From Euglena gracilis (lineage: Eukaryota): 64,000 bases of DNA. The DNA lies in the NCBI GenBank assembly GCA_039621445.1, contig CP154954.1, forward strand, positions 46,479,847 through 46,543,846, given 5' to 3'. The notes below the pieces were generated by a model, which had not been told where the DNA came from, did not search any database, and saw nothing but the letters and a program-made list of their open reading frames with translations. Both the position numbers and the translations under genes were made by a program. This document shows, in pieces, positions 12,989 through 25,764 of this stretch (its first letter is position 1; every line of letters begins with the position of its first letter).

Positions 12989-15900
12989 GTATGAAGTCTG
13001 GACTGTGTTGTCAAGGACAGAAGCTCTTCTTCAGAAATCAATTGGATGCCGAAAGAGCCAGAAACGTTCCGCAGTGACCGACAGGTTGTGGAAGCCAAAA
13101 CATGCTTTTGGATGGGCACGATGAAATGGCCTCTCTCGTGGCCCGAGCCACGCTGCCGGAACCCGCTCCCGGAAACGTGTGTGTTTTTCGCGCCGTCAAC
13201 CGCGGCCCCACGGCCCATAGACCCCTGCCAACCTTGCCCGCAGCAGCCCACACCCGCCCCTGCAGCTCCCCTGCCCCCCCACCGCAGCATCCACGACATC
13301 CGGCAGCTTGGGTCCCTCGCCGCCCCCGCCCCCCTGGACCGTGGCCCGGACGCCCCCATGGCCCTGGCTCTTTGCCCTGGCTGTGATGTTTCACTCCCCC
13401 CCAAGGGAACTGCCGTCTGTCCCTCCTGGGAACTGCCAGGGTTCCCGGACCTGTCATGTGACAATTTCCCTGTGAGGAGGGGGGTTCAGGGTTCAGGGGA
13501 GGGGGGGAGCCCTCTTGTCGGGGGTGTCCGCAGCCTGCGGTGAATTCCCCAAGGAAGGCCCTTCAAATCAAACCCCTCGTGCCTGAGCGGACTGAGTTCC
13601 AGTTCCAAAGGAAAACCCCAACTGCAAGGTTCTTTTGGGTGCCGAGAGAGGGACGGTGGAAGAAAGTTTTGAACGGACGCCCCGCGTTGCACGTGCCTGG
13701 AGGGCAGGGGAAGAGGGGCGACCGCGCCATGCCGCCAGCCCCGACCTCCGGGGCGTGACCGCGGTGACCTTTGCGCCGCACCTGCACCCGCACCCGCAGC
13801 CGTGGCTGCTGTCGCCGGCCAGCAGTTTTCTGAAATCGGGACCAGGTTTTAAGTGAGCTTTGTTTTTGCACAGGAGGTCGGACCATCCCCACGGGCCCCA
13901 ATTGGGGGTCTGGTTTCCGCACCCCTATTTTTTTATAAAAAAAAAGAATGCTCGAAAACACGATTTTGGGGCGATTTTGGATCTCCATTTTTTTTAATTT
14001 TTGGATTTTTTGGATCTCCAATTTTTTTTCCACCGCCTTGTACTGCGTTTTTTTTTTCTGAAAGGGTCCTCCTCATTTAGCAGCCGGCGGTTTCTTTCCC
14101 AGCAGGACGCTAGAATGAGGTCGGCGCATTAAGATTCTTATTCTACAGGTGATGGAATGAAATATCTGCAAAGTCTTTCCCCGATTTCAACAGCAGTAAC
14201 TCTTTTTTCAAAGCAAAAGCATTGCTCGTTCAGACGAAGCCGTCATAATCCAATCCAATCCAATCCAATTTTTGTTCTCCAAGGTGCCTGCCTCCACGAA
14301 CGCTCTCTCTTGAGGCCTTGGGTAGAAAGACACCCCCCCCCCCTGTTTGTCTGCCTAATTGCACGGTCAAATTTACTGACTAGAACAAGCAGGGCGGAAC
14401 AGACGATTACCAAATAAGGTCTTTGCATTTCGCCTCACAGTGTTTTTTTCTTCTTTATCAAACCATGGAAAGATTGAGCCCTCCCCAAAAAATTTACCAC
14501 CAACCAGAATTTTCCACCAACCAATTAAAAAAGAATGGCTGGTGGTTTGACCTCATTAACTCTCCCATCCCACGCATGGCTCAAAACCAAACCAGCAAAC
14601 CAGGATAAGTATTTGCTTTTTGCTTCTGGAAATGTAACCCCCCAAAAGCAAGCAACCGATGGCGTGTATTTGGGTTTCCGAAAATTGGCTCTGAGGGTTG
14701 CTCATCATTGGGTTGTTTATAATTGGGGGTTGCATGCAAAAAGGGGTTGCTTTATTGGGGGGGGGGTGCTACATGAATTGAACGCCCCACTCCCAAAGGG
14801 TTGACCACCAAACCAGACTTGGTCAGGGATTGGTCATTCCTTCGGCCAGCCAAAGCAAAAAAAAAATGGGGGTCGAAAATTGGGATGACTGGACATGCAT
14901 CAAAGGAACGTTGATTTCATGTTCTTTGAAGTCGGAACTCTGCTGTGGAGCAGAATCAACGCAGCCGCACTTTTGTGTTGCTTGCTTTATATTGCTTGCT
15001 ATTTTTTTTCACAGGGTTCGACGCCAGGACTTGCTGTATTTGTTCCCGTCTTCCATCATCCTCTGCAGACCCCGGACCCATGCCTCTTGCTTTTATGTTT
15101 CAGGTTTTTGTGAAGGTTCCCCGTCCCAGTTTCTGCCATTTGCACCAATTCGCCACCCTGCCCCCCCCCCCACACTAGCCCAATTTTTTTTGATTTAAAA
15201 AACGTCACGAGTCAGTCGTCCAGAGTGTCAAAAGTTGCCCCACGTTGTTCACAAACCTTTTTGAAAAGCCCTCACTGCAGACCACGCAAACTATTTGTGT
15301 TTTTGCTGACCACTACTGGGGCAACCAGTGACAAACATGCCCCCAAGCAAAAGTGTGTGGGCTGCAGGACCTGAGGGGCGGTGGAAGCCTCATTTGCTCT
15401 TTGGATGGTGAAAATCACGTGCTTTTTTTGTCGCGGTCACCCACATCAAACGGCAGGGCAGCCGCCTTCCAAAGAAGGAAATTTGTCTGTGTTTGCTTTT
15501 TTAAATACATCCTGGCGGTGGAATGGCAACATCAGCATGGTGGCTTTGTGCCTTATCTTCAGTTGGGCAAATGGCAATTATCAGAAAGGTCAATGGGTCA
15601 TTCAAGTCTGTCCTCCAGCCACCGGGTCAGCTCGGCTTGCGTCCAAACCTGTACTCGCCCATATCAGGCCTGCCACGCCTGTGTTGGAGATATCCTGCTC
15701 ACCGCGCAGTCACGCAATTCCTTGTTCATATTGGTGGAAACATTTCTGGTTTCATTGCGGTTCGAACGCAAGAGCCAAGCCGAACGCAAAGTCAGCCAAT
15801 TTGACAAAGTTCTCGCACCTGCCCGTCGCTGTCACCCTGGGGTTTTTTTGGCCCACCGGAATTATTTTGTGGAAATTATGACCTCGCATTGAAGGGTTGA

Positions 15901-16227
15901 TGGGGACACCGACAGCGAAGCACGTCCACCTTGACCGAGACCGAAGGAAGACGAGGCTTCGGTCTCAGGGGTCGATATAATGTGCGGGTTTTGGTGAGGG
16001 CACCCCCCCCCGTGGACCGGACCCCCCCCCACCTGCCAAGGGTACCAGGACCCCCCAAAAAATCAAATTTTTCCTTCCTCCTTTTTTTGCATTTTTGACA
16101 AATTTTTGCCCAAAAAAGTGCCCAAAACGGCACTTTTGGACGTGGGGGGTCAAACTGTTTAGGTGAACTGTTGTTTAGGTATTTTATTGTTTAGATTCCC
16201 CCCCGGAAAACCCTTCTCAAAAGGTCG

Positions 16228-16285
16228 TTGTGCTTCGCCCTCGGTGTCCCTTCCTCCGAGGCATTTTGCCTCGAGGGAGTACGAG
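16228..16285. repeat. Extra inverted copy of element A's terminal/ICR segment
   Basis: ttgtgcttcgccctcggtgtcccttcc...cctcgagggagtacgag matches 16878-16936 directly and 16582-16642 inverted. Confidence 0.75.
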
Positions 16286-16974
16286 GGGCATACCAAATAC
16301 TGTGGCAGCTTTGGTTGCCTTCAAGGGGCACCCCTGTTTTTTTTCTTCAAGACCGCAAGTTTTAAACAACGGGGAGGTTCTTTTTCTCGGTCCTCAGGGT
16401 TTTCGTGTCTCTCTCAATCGAGCACCTTCAAACAGAGTGCGGAGGAAAGGGTTTTTGGCAAAGGACCTGGAAAGCTCTAGGCCTCCTGCCTGTCCCTTCG
16501 CCAAAAACGCCAGGGAACAAACGAGTGTGTGGTCATGGAATTTGTGGTCCTGGAACGAACGCATGAATTCGAGTGCCCAGCCCTCGTACCCCCTCGAGGA
16601 AAAACCGACAAGGGAGGAAGGGACACCGAGGGCGAAGCACAAAGACCTTGTGAGGCCATGCCTTGCTCGCCGGCGGTGTTGTTTGGATTGTTTGCTGCGT
16701 TGGGTTAGGAGGCCCTGCTTAGTGCCGCCTCGCCGGAGTTGGCTGACGATGCTGCTCCGACTTGGCGCCGTGACTTCTTGCCCCTGGGGGGGGTTCCCCC
16801 CCTCTGTCCCCCCTGGCCCCCATTTTCTGACCGAGGGCTTTTCTTTTACGGGTGGGGGGGTCGGGCTCGCAAGGTATTTGTGCTTCGCCCTCGGTGTACC
16901 TTCCCCCCTTGTCGGTTGTCCTCGAGGGAGTACGAGACACCTCGGGCTCCGCACTTTGTCCTTGTGAGGCCAGA

Positions 16975-17900
16975 TTTTGTACTGAAATTAGGGGGGCCAG
17001 GGCATTTTCCAGGGCACCTTGGGCGCCAAGTCGTTGAAAGTGGGCTGTAAAAGCCTCCACCCCCTACCACTGGCCAATTTCGCAAACTTCTTGGGCAGAA
17101 AGGGCCCAATTTTTTGAGTAAACCAACTCCTGCCCCTCTGGTGGAGTGTGCCCCCCACACCTGGAGGGTCACCCCATGCTTGGCCAAAAAATCTTTTGCG
17201 ATAGAAGCCACAGTGTCTGCACTTATGGCCCTGAAGGGGGGTTTTAAAGAGATCAGAAGGGGGCCCCCAGGTCTGACGAATGAACGTGTAGCAGCCACAT
17301 AAGACATCATTAAATGAAAGGGGCTTATTTGTGGGCATTGGGGAATGGACACCACCCTTTCCCACTTGTGAAACTTTTGGTCTTTACGTTTAATTTTAAT
17401 GTAGGGTGCCCTACCCAAAACACTGGTGGTTCGTTTGACGTGTGCCAAGTCAGATGATCGATAAAAACAGAGAATTCGTGAGCAAAAAATCAGCTGGGTA
17501 CGCAACGTACAAATATCAGTGGGCATAGGGGCCTTGACCAGCCCCAGGAGGATTGGGAGGGGATCCCAAAAAGCCCCATACTTCTCCAGGTTTTGGTTCC
17601 AAAGCCTCTTGCAGGGGGGTCAACAGGGTGCGGAATCTCAGTCCACCAAACCCAGGAATCAAAAGCACAGCACTGTATGAATTACGGGCTTGGGCCTTTG
17701 AAAATTGGAATAATTGTATTAAAGCGTCAGCCACTTGGTCAGTGGTGGCTTCAGCGGGGGGGCACCCCCATGTGTTCCAAAATTACCCACAGAAGTGCGA
17801 AAGCACTCTGATGACACTTTAAACTGGTGTTTCTCCCAAGGAAATTTTTAATGGTTTTAACCTGAATTTGTTTCCCCTCCAAAATTTGCCTGAGAAAATC
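16975..17900 (-). pseudogene. Element A tyrosine recombinase, frameshifted
   Basis: FYRSSDLA ... GAHSTRGAGVG; ARNSYSAVLLIPGFG is homologous to element B. Confidence 0.82.
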
Positions 17901-19671
17901 ATGCAAAGCAGGGGCCACCTGGGGGGTGGCATTTGTTCCCCCCTGCAATTGGTGAACATACCCCATGTAGTGGGTGATTTTCAGGCAGGGGGTCCCTGGC
18001 ACTTTCATTTTTATTAATTGGGGCCACCAGGTGGCTGAATCCCAGTAGGGGTTGACCATCAAAACTTTGGTCTGGGGAAACATTTTCAACCTGGGCCGAA
18101 ATTGCTGAATTATTGACCAGGGGGGGTTTGCATAAAGATCCCCCATGTTGTCCAGTGGACATTGTAGTGCATTTACTGCTGTGGCCTCCCAATGGGGCCA
18201 CCTGGCCACAAAATTGGGCAGTTTTTTGTTGCCTGGGGAGGCAAATAAATCCGTTTCCAGATTTATGATATTTTTGAATTGCTGTCTTAACCATAGAGTG
18301 TAAAGAATAATCCCCCCTGTCCATTTCCCATCTGCTTATGAGGTCTGCTAGGCATTCCTTTGAAGGCACCCAGCTGAACTGGAGGTTTACTTGGTGCTCC
18401 ATGCACCATTTGAAAAAGGGTCTTAGCATTTTGTTGAAGGGGACTTTTCTGCCCCCCCCCCCCTTTGTCACGTAATAGTAGATTACCTGGTTGTCCACAG
18501 TCAAAGAATCTGTTTCTCCAGGTTTGCTCAAACTTTTCACAGTGCTGATTGCTGCACTGAGCTCCTTTACATTGATGTGTAAAATGGAGTCTTTTCTCCA
18601 AAATTCCTGCACAATTTATCTTGTGTGGATGTCTAGCCCCCCCCCCAGGCATGGGTGCTGCTGTCTGAGTGCAACTCCCTGGTTGCATTTTGGGGGAAGG
18701 GTCTGCCCCCAACCCAGGTGTCCAATAGAGTTTTTATTTCCCTTAATTGGGCCTTGATTTCCTGGGAGATGGGGTGTTTTGAGTCCCAGGGGGCTGTGGA
18801 CTTTGCCACCAAAAAAAATTGCCAGGGTGTCTGTAAAAGCCCTTAAAAAGGGCAGGGCATTAGATTGCATCTTATTTGACCCAAAATGGCAGCCAACTGG
18901 CTTTTCGACAGGTAATCTTTTTTCACCGTTTTTCCCAGCTTCTTTTTTATGGTTTTGACTTTCTGGTGGGGACACTTGTAACTTTCCTTCCTGGAAGTTC
19001 AATTGGATACCCGGGTGGGTTACACTTGGGTAGGCTGCAGGGTGGACTTTTTCACATTGATTTTGAACCCTGAATTCAGCAAATCTTTGACAACTCTGTT
19101 CAATGTTCAAAATTTTTTGGGTGGAGGCCACCAGTAAAATGTCGTCCAGGTAAATAAAGACCTGGGTGTAACTTTTTCTCCACAGTTTTTCGAATGTTTT
19201 CATTACTGACATGAAAATTTGGGGCATTACATTTAGCCCAAAGCATCCTGTTTGAAATTCCCAGGTCTGCCTCCCTACCTGATGCCTTAAAAATGGCCTT
19301 AGGCCAGGACTTAATGGAATATGGAAATAGGCATCCTTCAGGTCTACTTTTGCTGCCCAGTGGCCTTTTTCCAAAACTGGAAAAAAGTGCTGGATATGAT
19401 CCAGCTTGAAAGGTTTTACTTGAAATTGCTGATTTATTTCTATGCAGTCGCTGATCATTCTCCATTTTATTGTTCCCCCCTCTGGTTTCGAAATTAGAAA
19501 CCATGGGATTAAATGCTGGGATTCTGAATCCCAAACTCGTTTTATTGAACCAGTATTTTCGTTATCCAACAGGATTTGTCCTGCCTGGTTCAGGTCCAGA
19601 TTGGCTCTGGGTTTTGGGTGGGTGGACAACTTTGCGGGATTTACCCAGGGGGGGTGAATTCCCTTGATCAA
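17900..19671 (-). pseudogene. Element A pol (RT / RNase H / MTase-like), frameshifted
   Basis: KVDLKDAYFHIP, FIYLDDILL; HINVKEL, WVPSKECLADLISR; LYANPPWSII. Confidence 0.87.
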
Positions 19672-20450
19672 TCAATTGACATGTTGCTGGGGGGGGGGGC
19701 ATTTTTGACCACCATTTTATACATTTCTGAAGTCTCTGGTACACGGGGTATCTCCCCAGTTTTCCTCCATGGAATTTATTTCCTGAATTAGATGATTGTT
19801 TAGGGGCTGGGTGGGGAGTGTTGGACATTTCACAGCCCCTAGAGCTTCTAGGGCTAGAGCCCTTGGAAAAAGAAAATGTTCCTTGGGGGGTGTGCATGCA
19901 CTCTCCTCTCTCTGGAGCATCTTGTTGTTGGAACACATACCACACAGGGCTTACTGCCCCTGTTTGGCCTATCTGATCTGCTTGATATTGATGGGGTTGG
20001 TAGCCATACCCTAGGGGGCCTCTGAGGGTCCCCCCTTGTTGATTTAATAAATGCTGGTGGGGAGTCTCCCCCTTCCAGCTGGCCCCCCGCGTCGTCAGGT
20101 TGTCCAGCTGCTGCTGCTCCATCTTGAAGTTCTCCAGCGCTGTGCTTCTTTGAAGTTGCATCTTTCATTGACTTCTTTCGAAAAATTCAACAACTTTTGA
20201 TTTGAGGTTCTGCACGAGCGTGACTTTCTGGAAAATTTGAATTGTTTGATTGTCTTCTTCTTTTCTCAATTGATGAGGTATTTGACGTTGCTTTCTTCTG
20301 GGTGTCGAAGGGCAAATTAGGAATCAGCCAACTCCGGCGAAAAAGGCACTAAGCAGGGACCCCTAACCCAACGCAGCACACAATCAAAACAACACCGCCG
20401 GCGAGCAAGGCATGACCTCCCAAGGGCAAAGTGCGGAGCCCGAGGTGTCT

Positions 20451-22490
20451 CCCCAGGCACGGGTGCTTCTGTCTGAGCAAAACTCCCTGGTTGCACTTTG
20501 GGGGAAGGGTCTGCCGGTGTCCAGCAGAATTTTTATTTCTCTTAATTGGTCCTTTATTCTTTGGGAAATGGGTGTTTTGAGTCCCAGGGAGCTTTGGAAT
20601 TTTCCACCAAAAATTTTTCTCGGGCATCCACAAAGGCCCTTGGAAAGGCTAGGGCCATCAGATGGCACCTGATTTGGCCCAAAATGGAAGCCAGCTGCCT
20701 TTTTGACATGTAATATTTTCGCAGCTCCTTTTTTACTGTCTTAATTTTCTGGGGGGCACCTATAATTTTCCGTCCTGTAAGTTTAGTTAAAACCCAAGAT
20801 GATTTACAATTTAGGTGCAGGGTGGACTTCTTTACGTTGATTTTGAATCCTGATTTGATTAAATCCCTGACCACTTGTGTTCAGGTAATTTTGTAAGATG
20901 TTTTGTGTTGGGGCCACCATTAAAGCATCTTCGAGGTAAATAAAAACTTGGATTCCCCTTTTCCTCCACAGCTTTTCCAATGTCTTCATTACTGACATGA
21001 AAACTTGTGGCATTACATTCAGGCCAAAAACAGCCTGCGTGGAACTCCCAGGTCTGCCCCCCCCCACCCGATGTCTTAGAAATGGCCATAAGACCTGGCT
21101 AACTGGGATGTGGAAGTGAGCATCCTTCGGGTCTATTTTTGCTGCCCAGTGGCCTTTTTCCAACGCTGGAAAAATGTGCTGGATGTGATCTAGCTTGAAA
21201 GGTTTTACTTGGAACCTTCCCTCTCCCTCTCTACGGACCCAGATTTTTCGTAATCCTGCAGTGTTTTTCCTGCTCGATGACGGTTTAAATTTGCTTTGGG
21301 TTTTGGATGGCGGGATGTGCATGCACTCTCTCCCTCTCTGCTCACCTCTCTGGAGGGTCTTGTTGTCGGAGGACATACCACAGGGCTTAATGCCCCTGTT
21401 TTGTCTATCAGGTCTTCTCCATGTTGATGTGGTTGGTGGGCATACCATAGGGGGCCTTGTTGGTCCCCCCTTGATTGAATTTTCGGGAATTGAGAAGTGA
21501 ATGTTGGAGGGGTTCCTGCCCCTCCCTCCAAAAGGGCCACTGTGGGTCCCTTTTCTTCCTGGAGCATTGAAAGGGTCACTGTGGGTCCCTTTTCCCCCCT
21601 TTTTTGGCAGAGGGCCTCGTGGGTCCCTTGGGTGGTTTCTGCAGCAATTTCCTTAACTTCTTGGTGGCCACTGTGGGTCCACCCTGCTGTCCTCCAAGGT
21701 CACCATGTGTAAATTTTCTTCCATAATCCACCAATTGGTCTTCCAGGTATTGAGTTCTTCTTGGTCTCCAAACCCACTGTAAACCTGGGGGCTGCAGTGG
21801 CCCTCCCTTTTCCCCTTGAGAGGGGCTGTTGTGCCAGATGAATTGGGGGGGCTTGACAGACCTCTTCTGCCCCTTCCTGAGGGGATTTGCTCGTAAAAGT
21901 GGCCCCCATGGCCCCTGCAGTGGTGATCACCTTGACCTTGATCCCGTCTCCCCATCCTTGACCAATTTGTGTGCAGGCGACTGGGCGCCTTTGGGGGGGG
22001 GGGGAATGCTCTTGATGTGTGGGTTTTGGATGTCCATTTGTGAAGCACTTTGGGCCTCTATGGTCCATCCTTTGCCCACTTGCTGACTTCTGCTTTCTGG
22101 GCCTTCTGGCCACAGTGGTCCAAAGACCGTGGCCGTCACTCGGGAGGGGGGTTGTGCTGGGAAATTTCTGGCGTCCGGGTCTGGGGGGGAGAACGGCCAC
22201 CGGTTTCCACGTGTCGACCGCATCCCCAAGTTGTCCAGCTGCTGCGGCCACTGCTGCAGGACCTCCGCGGCCATATATTCCAATTTCTTTTCCACAGCAT
22301 TTTTGTTGAATTCAAAATTGAAATTTGATAATTGACTTTTCAGTTGATATTTGCCTGGTTCGTGCCCTTCTGGATATTGAATTTATATTAACTTGGTCCT
22401 CCTTTGTTCGTGAACTCTTTCCTTTCTTCTGGGTGTCGAAGGGAAAGTTAAGGGTCAACCAACCCCGGCGAAAAGGCACGAAGCGGGGAC
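20451..22490 (-). mobile_element. Truncated DIRS-like element C (related to A), 5' region and RT remnant
   Basis: FKLDHIQHIFPALEKGHWAAKIDPKDAHFH and FIYLEDALM; 22430-22490 resembles the inner end of element A's 5' ITR; the rest of that ITR is at ~27234-27298. Confidence 0.8.
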
Positions 22491-23059
22491 TTCCAACTCG
22501 GACTCCCACGACACAGGAAAGGGGAGGAAGGGACCAAGAGGGCGAAGCACAAGAAGATGGTGGGCCCAACCCCCCCACCCGGCAAGGAAATCGGACTCCC
22601 ACGACAGAGGAAGGGGGAGGAAGGGACCAAGAGGGCGAAGCACAAGAAGATGGTGAGGTCCTGCTTTCCTTGCCGGCTGTTCTGTTCTGGTGTGTTTGTG
22701 CGTGCGCGGGGGGTGCTTCTAACTGCGCGTTTGTTGCCGGAGTTGGCGATGATGAGGCCTCGTCCGACACCTTGGCGAAGTGGATCCGTCGTGGCCCCGC
22801 CCCCACCCCCCCTCACGCATGGTTGCTTGCTGCCCCTCCCCCTCGATGGGGATGGTGGTCTCTTTCTGGTGTTTTTCCGGGTGGGTGGTTGGGGCTGGTT
22901 GGTCGGGGGTCCCCTTTCTGGTTGGGATGTTTTTCTTTTTCTGCTGATTTTTTGGGTGGGGGGGTTGGGCTCACCATCTTCTTGTGCTTCTCCCTCTTGC
23001 TCCCTTCCTCCCCCTTCCTCTGTCGTGGGAGTCCGAGACCATTCGGGCTCCGCACTGCG

Positions 23060-23975
23060 AGATGGTGAGGTACTGTGCACCCCCCTTTGGGCCATAATAT
23101 TTTGAATTTTTGAAACGACACCAAGTCGCAAATAATGAGCTTGGAAGGCCCCAAAATTTTTCCACTGACCCAGCTGCTGGACTTCTTCCACTTGTAAACC
23201 AGCATTTTTCCACCATAAAACCCCAGCCCCTCTGGTGCTGTGGGGTTTCCAGTGGGTGGTGTCCACCCCCCCTCTTGCAGAATTTCTTTGGTAAGTGAAT
23301 TCACTCTTTCTGATGTCAAAGGTCGTTTACCATCCAAAGACCATAACAAATTATTTTTGTGCCCAACCATGTGGGCTGTCCTTTCCACATACTCTTTCAA
23401 TAGGTGCCAGGGGCTGATGAGGGGGGTGTGTGGTAAATTCAAAACTTCCTCCAATCTTGGGAATTGCCACCCTTTTCTTTGCAATAAAATGAAAATTTTT
23501 TCTCCCACGAAACTGATTTTTCGCTGCGTCCTGGCTAGATCAACCCCCCTGTGGAGGGCCAAAAGCCTCCAACAAATGATGAGTCTGTTTCTGAGCTCTT
23601 TCACAGAGAGTTCTGAGAGTGGTCTTGATTGTCTGATGATGTTGTTTAGAAAATCAGTGGGGTCCCAGAAATGGGCATACTTGCAGACATTGGAATTCCA
23701 TTTCCTTTTCAATGGAGACAAAAGAGGGGAAAACCTCAATGACCCAAACCCTGGGAGTAATAAAACTGCTGCATATGCATTTCGTGCAGTGTTGAGGCTG
23801 TGAACAGCCAAATCAAGGATGGCCTCAGCCATCTTGTGGACTGTGCAGTCCTGCAGGGGCACCCCTTTGTGCAACAATTGGCCCACCAATGTCCTGAAGG
23901 CTGAATCATATCTCTTGACATTTCCCAGATTTTTTATGTAAGTGTCGATACTGGACATCGAAACTTCCTGGGATT
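23060..23975 (-). pseudogene. Element B tyrosine recombinase (one frameshift near 23265)
   Basis: LLALHRGVDLAR ... PHSTRGAG ... LGQWKNFGAFQAHY, matching R, HxxR, W and Y catalytic residues. Confidence 0.88.
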
Positions 23976-25750
23976 GTAATATTTGCCTGACACAATCAAG
24001 CAGGCCAATTTCCACCTTGGGGGGGGCATCTCCTCCCCCCAGCAGTTGGTGAATAGACCCCATTGGGGGGGTACCAACAAAACTTTGCTGCCTGGCTTTC
24101 TGATTGCCATTAATTGGCGCCACCATGATGTTGAAGCCCAGTGGGGTACGATCAACAGACAAATTAGGTCTGGGTTTACCATTAATCTCTGAACCCATTG
24201 GGTAATGATGCTCCAGGGGGGGTTTGCATAAACTGGGGGGAGGCCCCTCAAATCTGCCTTCAAGGCATCCACCAGCAAAGCCCCTTGGTGGGGGTATCGA
24301 CAAACAAACTTGGGGAATTTTTTGCTGCTGGGTGTGCAAAACATGTCCACCTCTGGGGTGATGTCCTGTCTGAAAAATTTCAGAATTTGGTGAAAGATAT
24401 GTAGGTTTAGGGTATAATCCCCTGGGTCATTTTGCTCCCTGGTCAGGGAGTCTGCCAATCGCTCTTTTGTGGGAACCCAAACTACCTGCAAATTGATTTG
24501 CTTTTCTTGGCAATGATACAGCAGGGGTTTTAAAATGGAATTTAGGTAGGGCTTTTTGCCTCCCCATTTTGTTAGATAACTTACAGCCACATGAAGCATT
24601 ATGTTTTGTTTTGGTTTTGCCAGACTTTTTACTGTCTCCACTGCTGACATCAATTCTTTTTGGTTGATGTGAAGGATGTGCAGGTCCCTCCAAAAATCCT
24701 GCACTTTTTGGCCTGAGTTTTTGTCCAGCCCCCCCCCACTGCCAGGTGCTGCTGTCTGAAAACAGATCCTGAGAGGCCTGGGATTGAAAGGCTCTGCCCA
24801 CACCTGGCTGCAAAAAAGCTTTTAACTCCGCAATTTGATCTTTGACCCCCTGGGGAATGGTTAGGGTGTGGTCCCAACCCCACTTTGTGTGCAAATCCAC
24901 CATTTTGCAAAGTTGATCTGTCAGAATTCTGAGAAATGGCATGGAGACTAAATAGCTTCTGACCTGCCCCACAATAGAGCTGAGTTTTCTGCAGCTCATT
25001 TTTTGTGCTGTGAGCACTTTTCTCAGCTCCTTTCTTAAGGATTTTAGTTTTTCCTGTGGGATTTCCAGCTGGCCCTTTTTCAAATTGACCCACTGGCCCA
25101 AATGTTTTATCTCCTGTGTGGGTTCCAGACAGGATTTGGGGAGGTTTAATCTGAAACCTGCCAATAAAAGGTCCTGCTTTATTTATGCCAAATGTTGGGC
25201 TGCAGTCTTTTTGCTGGGGGCTAACAGCAAAATGTCGTCTAGGTAGATGAAAACTACCTTTCCCTCCTTTCTCCAATTTCTTTCCCAGACTCTCATGAGA
25301 GTCATAAACTTTTGTGGCAGGCTGCTGATGCCAAAACATGAAGCTTGAAACTGCCAAGTTTCCCCCCCCCACTTGCATGCAGACATGTTTTTCCAGGCTG
25401 CTGTGCAGTTTTAGGTGAAAATAAGCATCTTTCAGATCTATTTTTCCACAGAACCATCCTTTTCTTAGGTATGGGAAAATGTTTTCCATGTGTTCCAGTC
25501 TGAATTTCTGGGGGGTGAAATAGTGATTTAACTGTCGACAATCTGAAATCAGTCTTTCCTTGGTCTTTTCCCCTTCTTTTTTGGACATTATGAAGTAAGG
25601 GACAAAATGTTTTGCCTCCTCTGGGGGGATTTGCCTGGTTGCCCCTGCACATTCGTATTCTCTCAGAATTTTTTGGGCAGTCATTACTTCCTGGGGGGCT
25701 TTGAAGGGAACTTTTAAGGACATTAGAGGGAGGAGGGGAAGATCTGCCAT
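23934..25750 (-). pseudogene. Element B pol: reverse transcriptase / RNase H / adenine methyltransferase-like, split over several frames
   Basis: RLISDCRQLN, KIDLKDAYFH, FIYLDDILL (RT); LFSDSS, HINQKEL, WVPTKERLADSLTR (RNase H); VDMFC...VYANPPW (MTase-like). Breaks fall mostly at G/C homopolymers. Confidence 0.88.
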
Positions 25751-25764
25751 GACCCCTTCCCTTA

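Larger units (their letters stand above)
16581..20450 (-). mobile_element. DIRS1-like retrotransposon, full-length (element A), degenerate
   Basis: ITRs ~16648-16746 / ~20325-20420; internal complementary region ~16877-16971 matches 16582-16643 and 20414-20450 inverted; pol and YR remnants. Confidence 0.9.
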
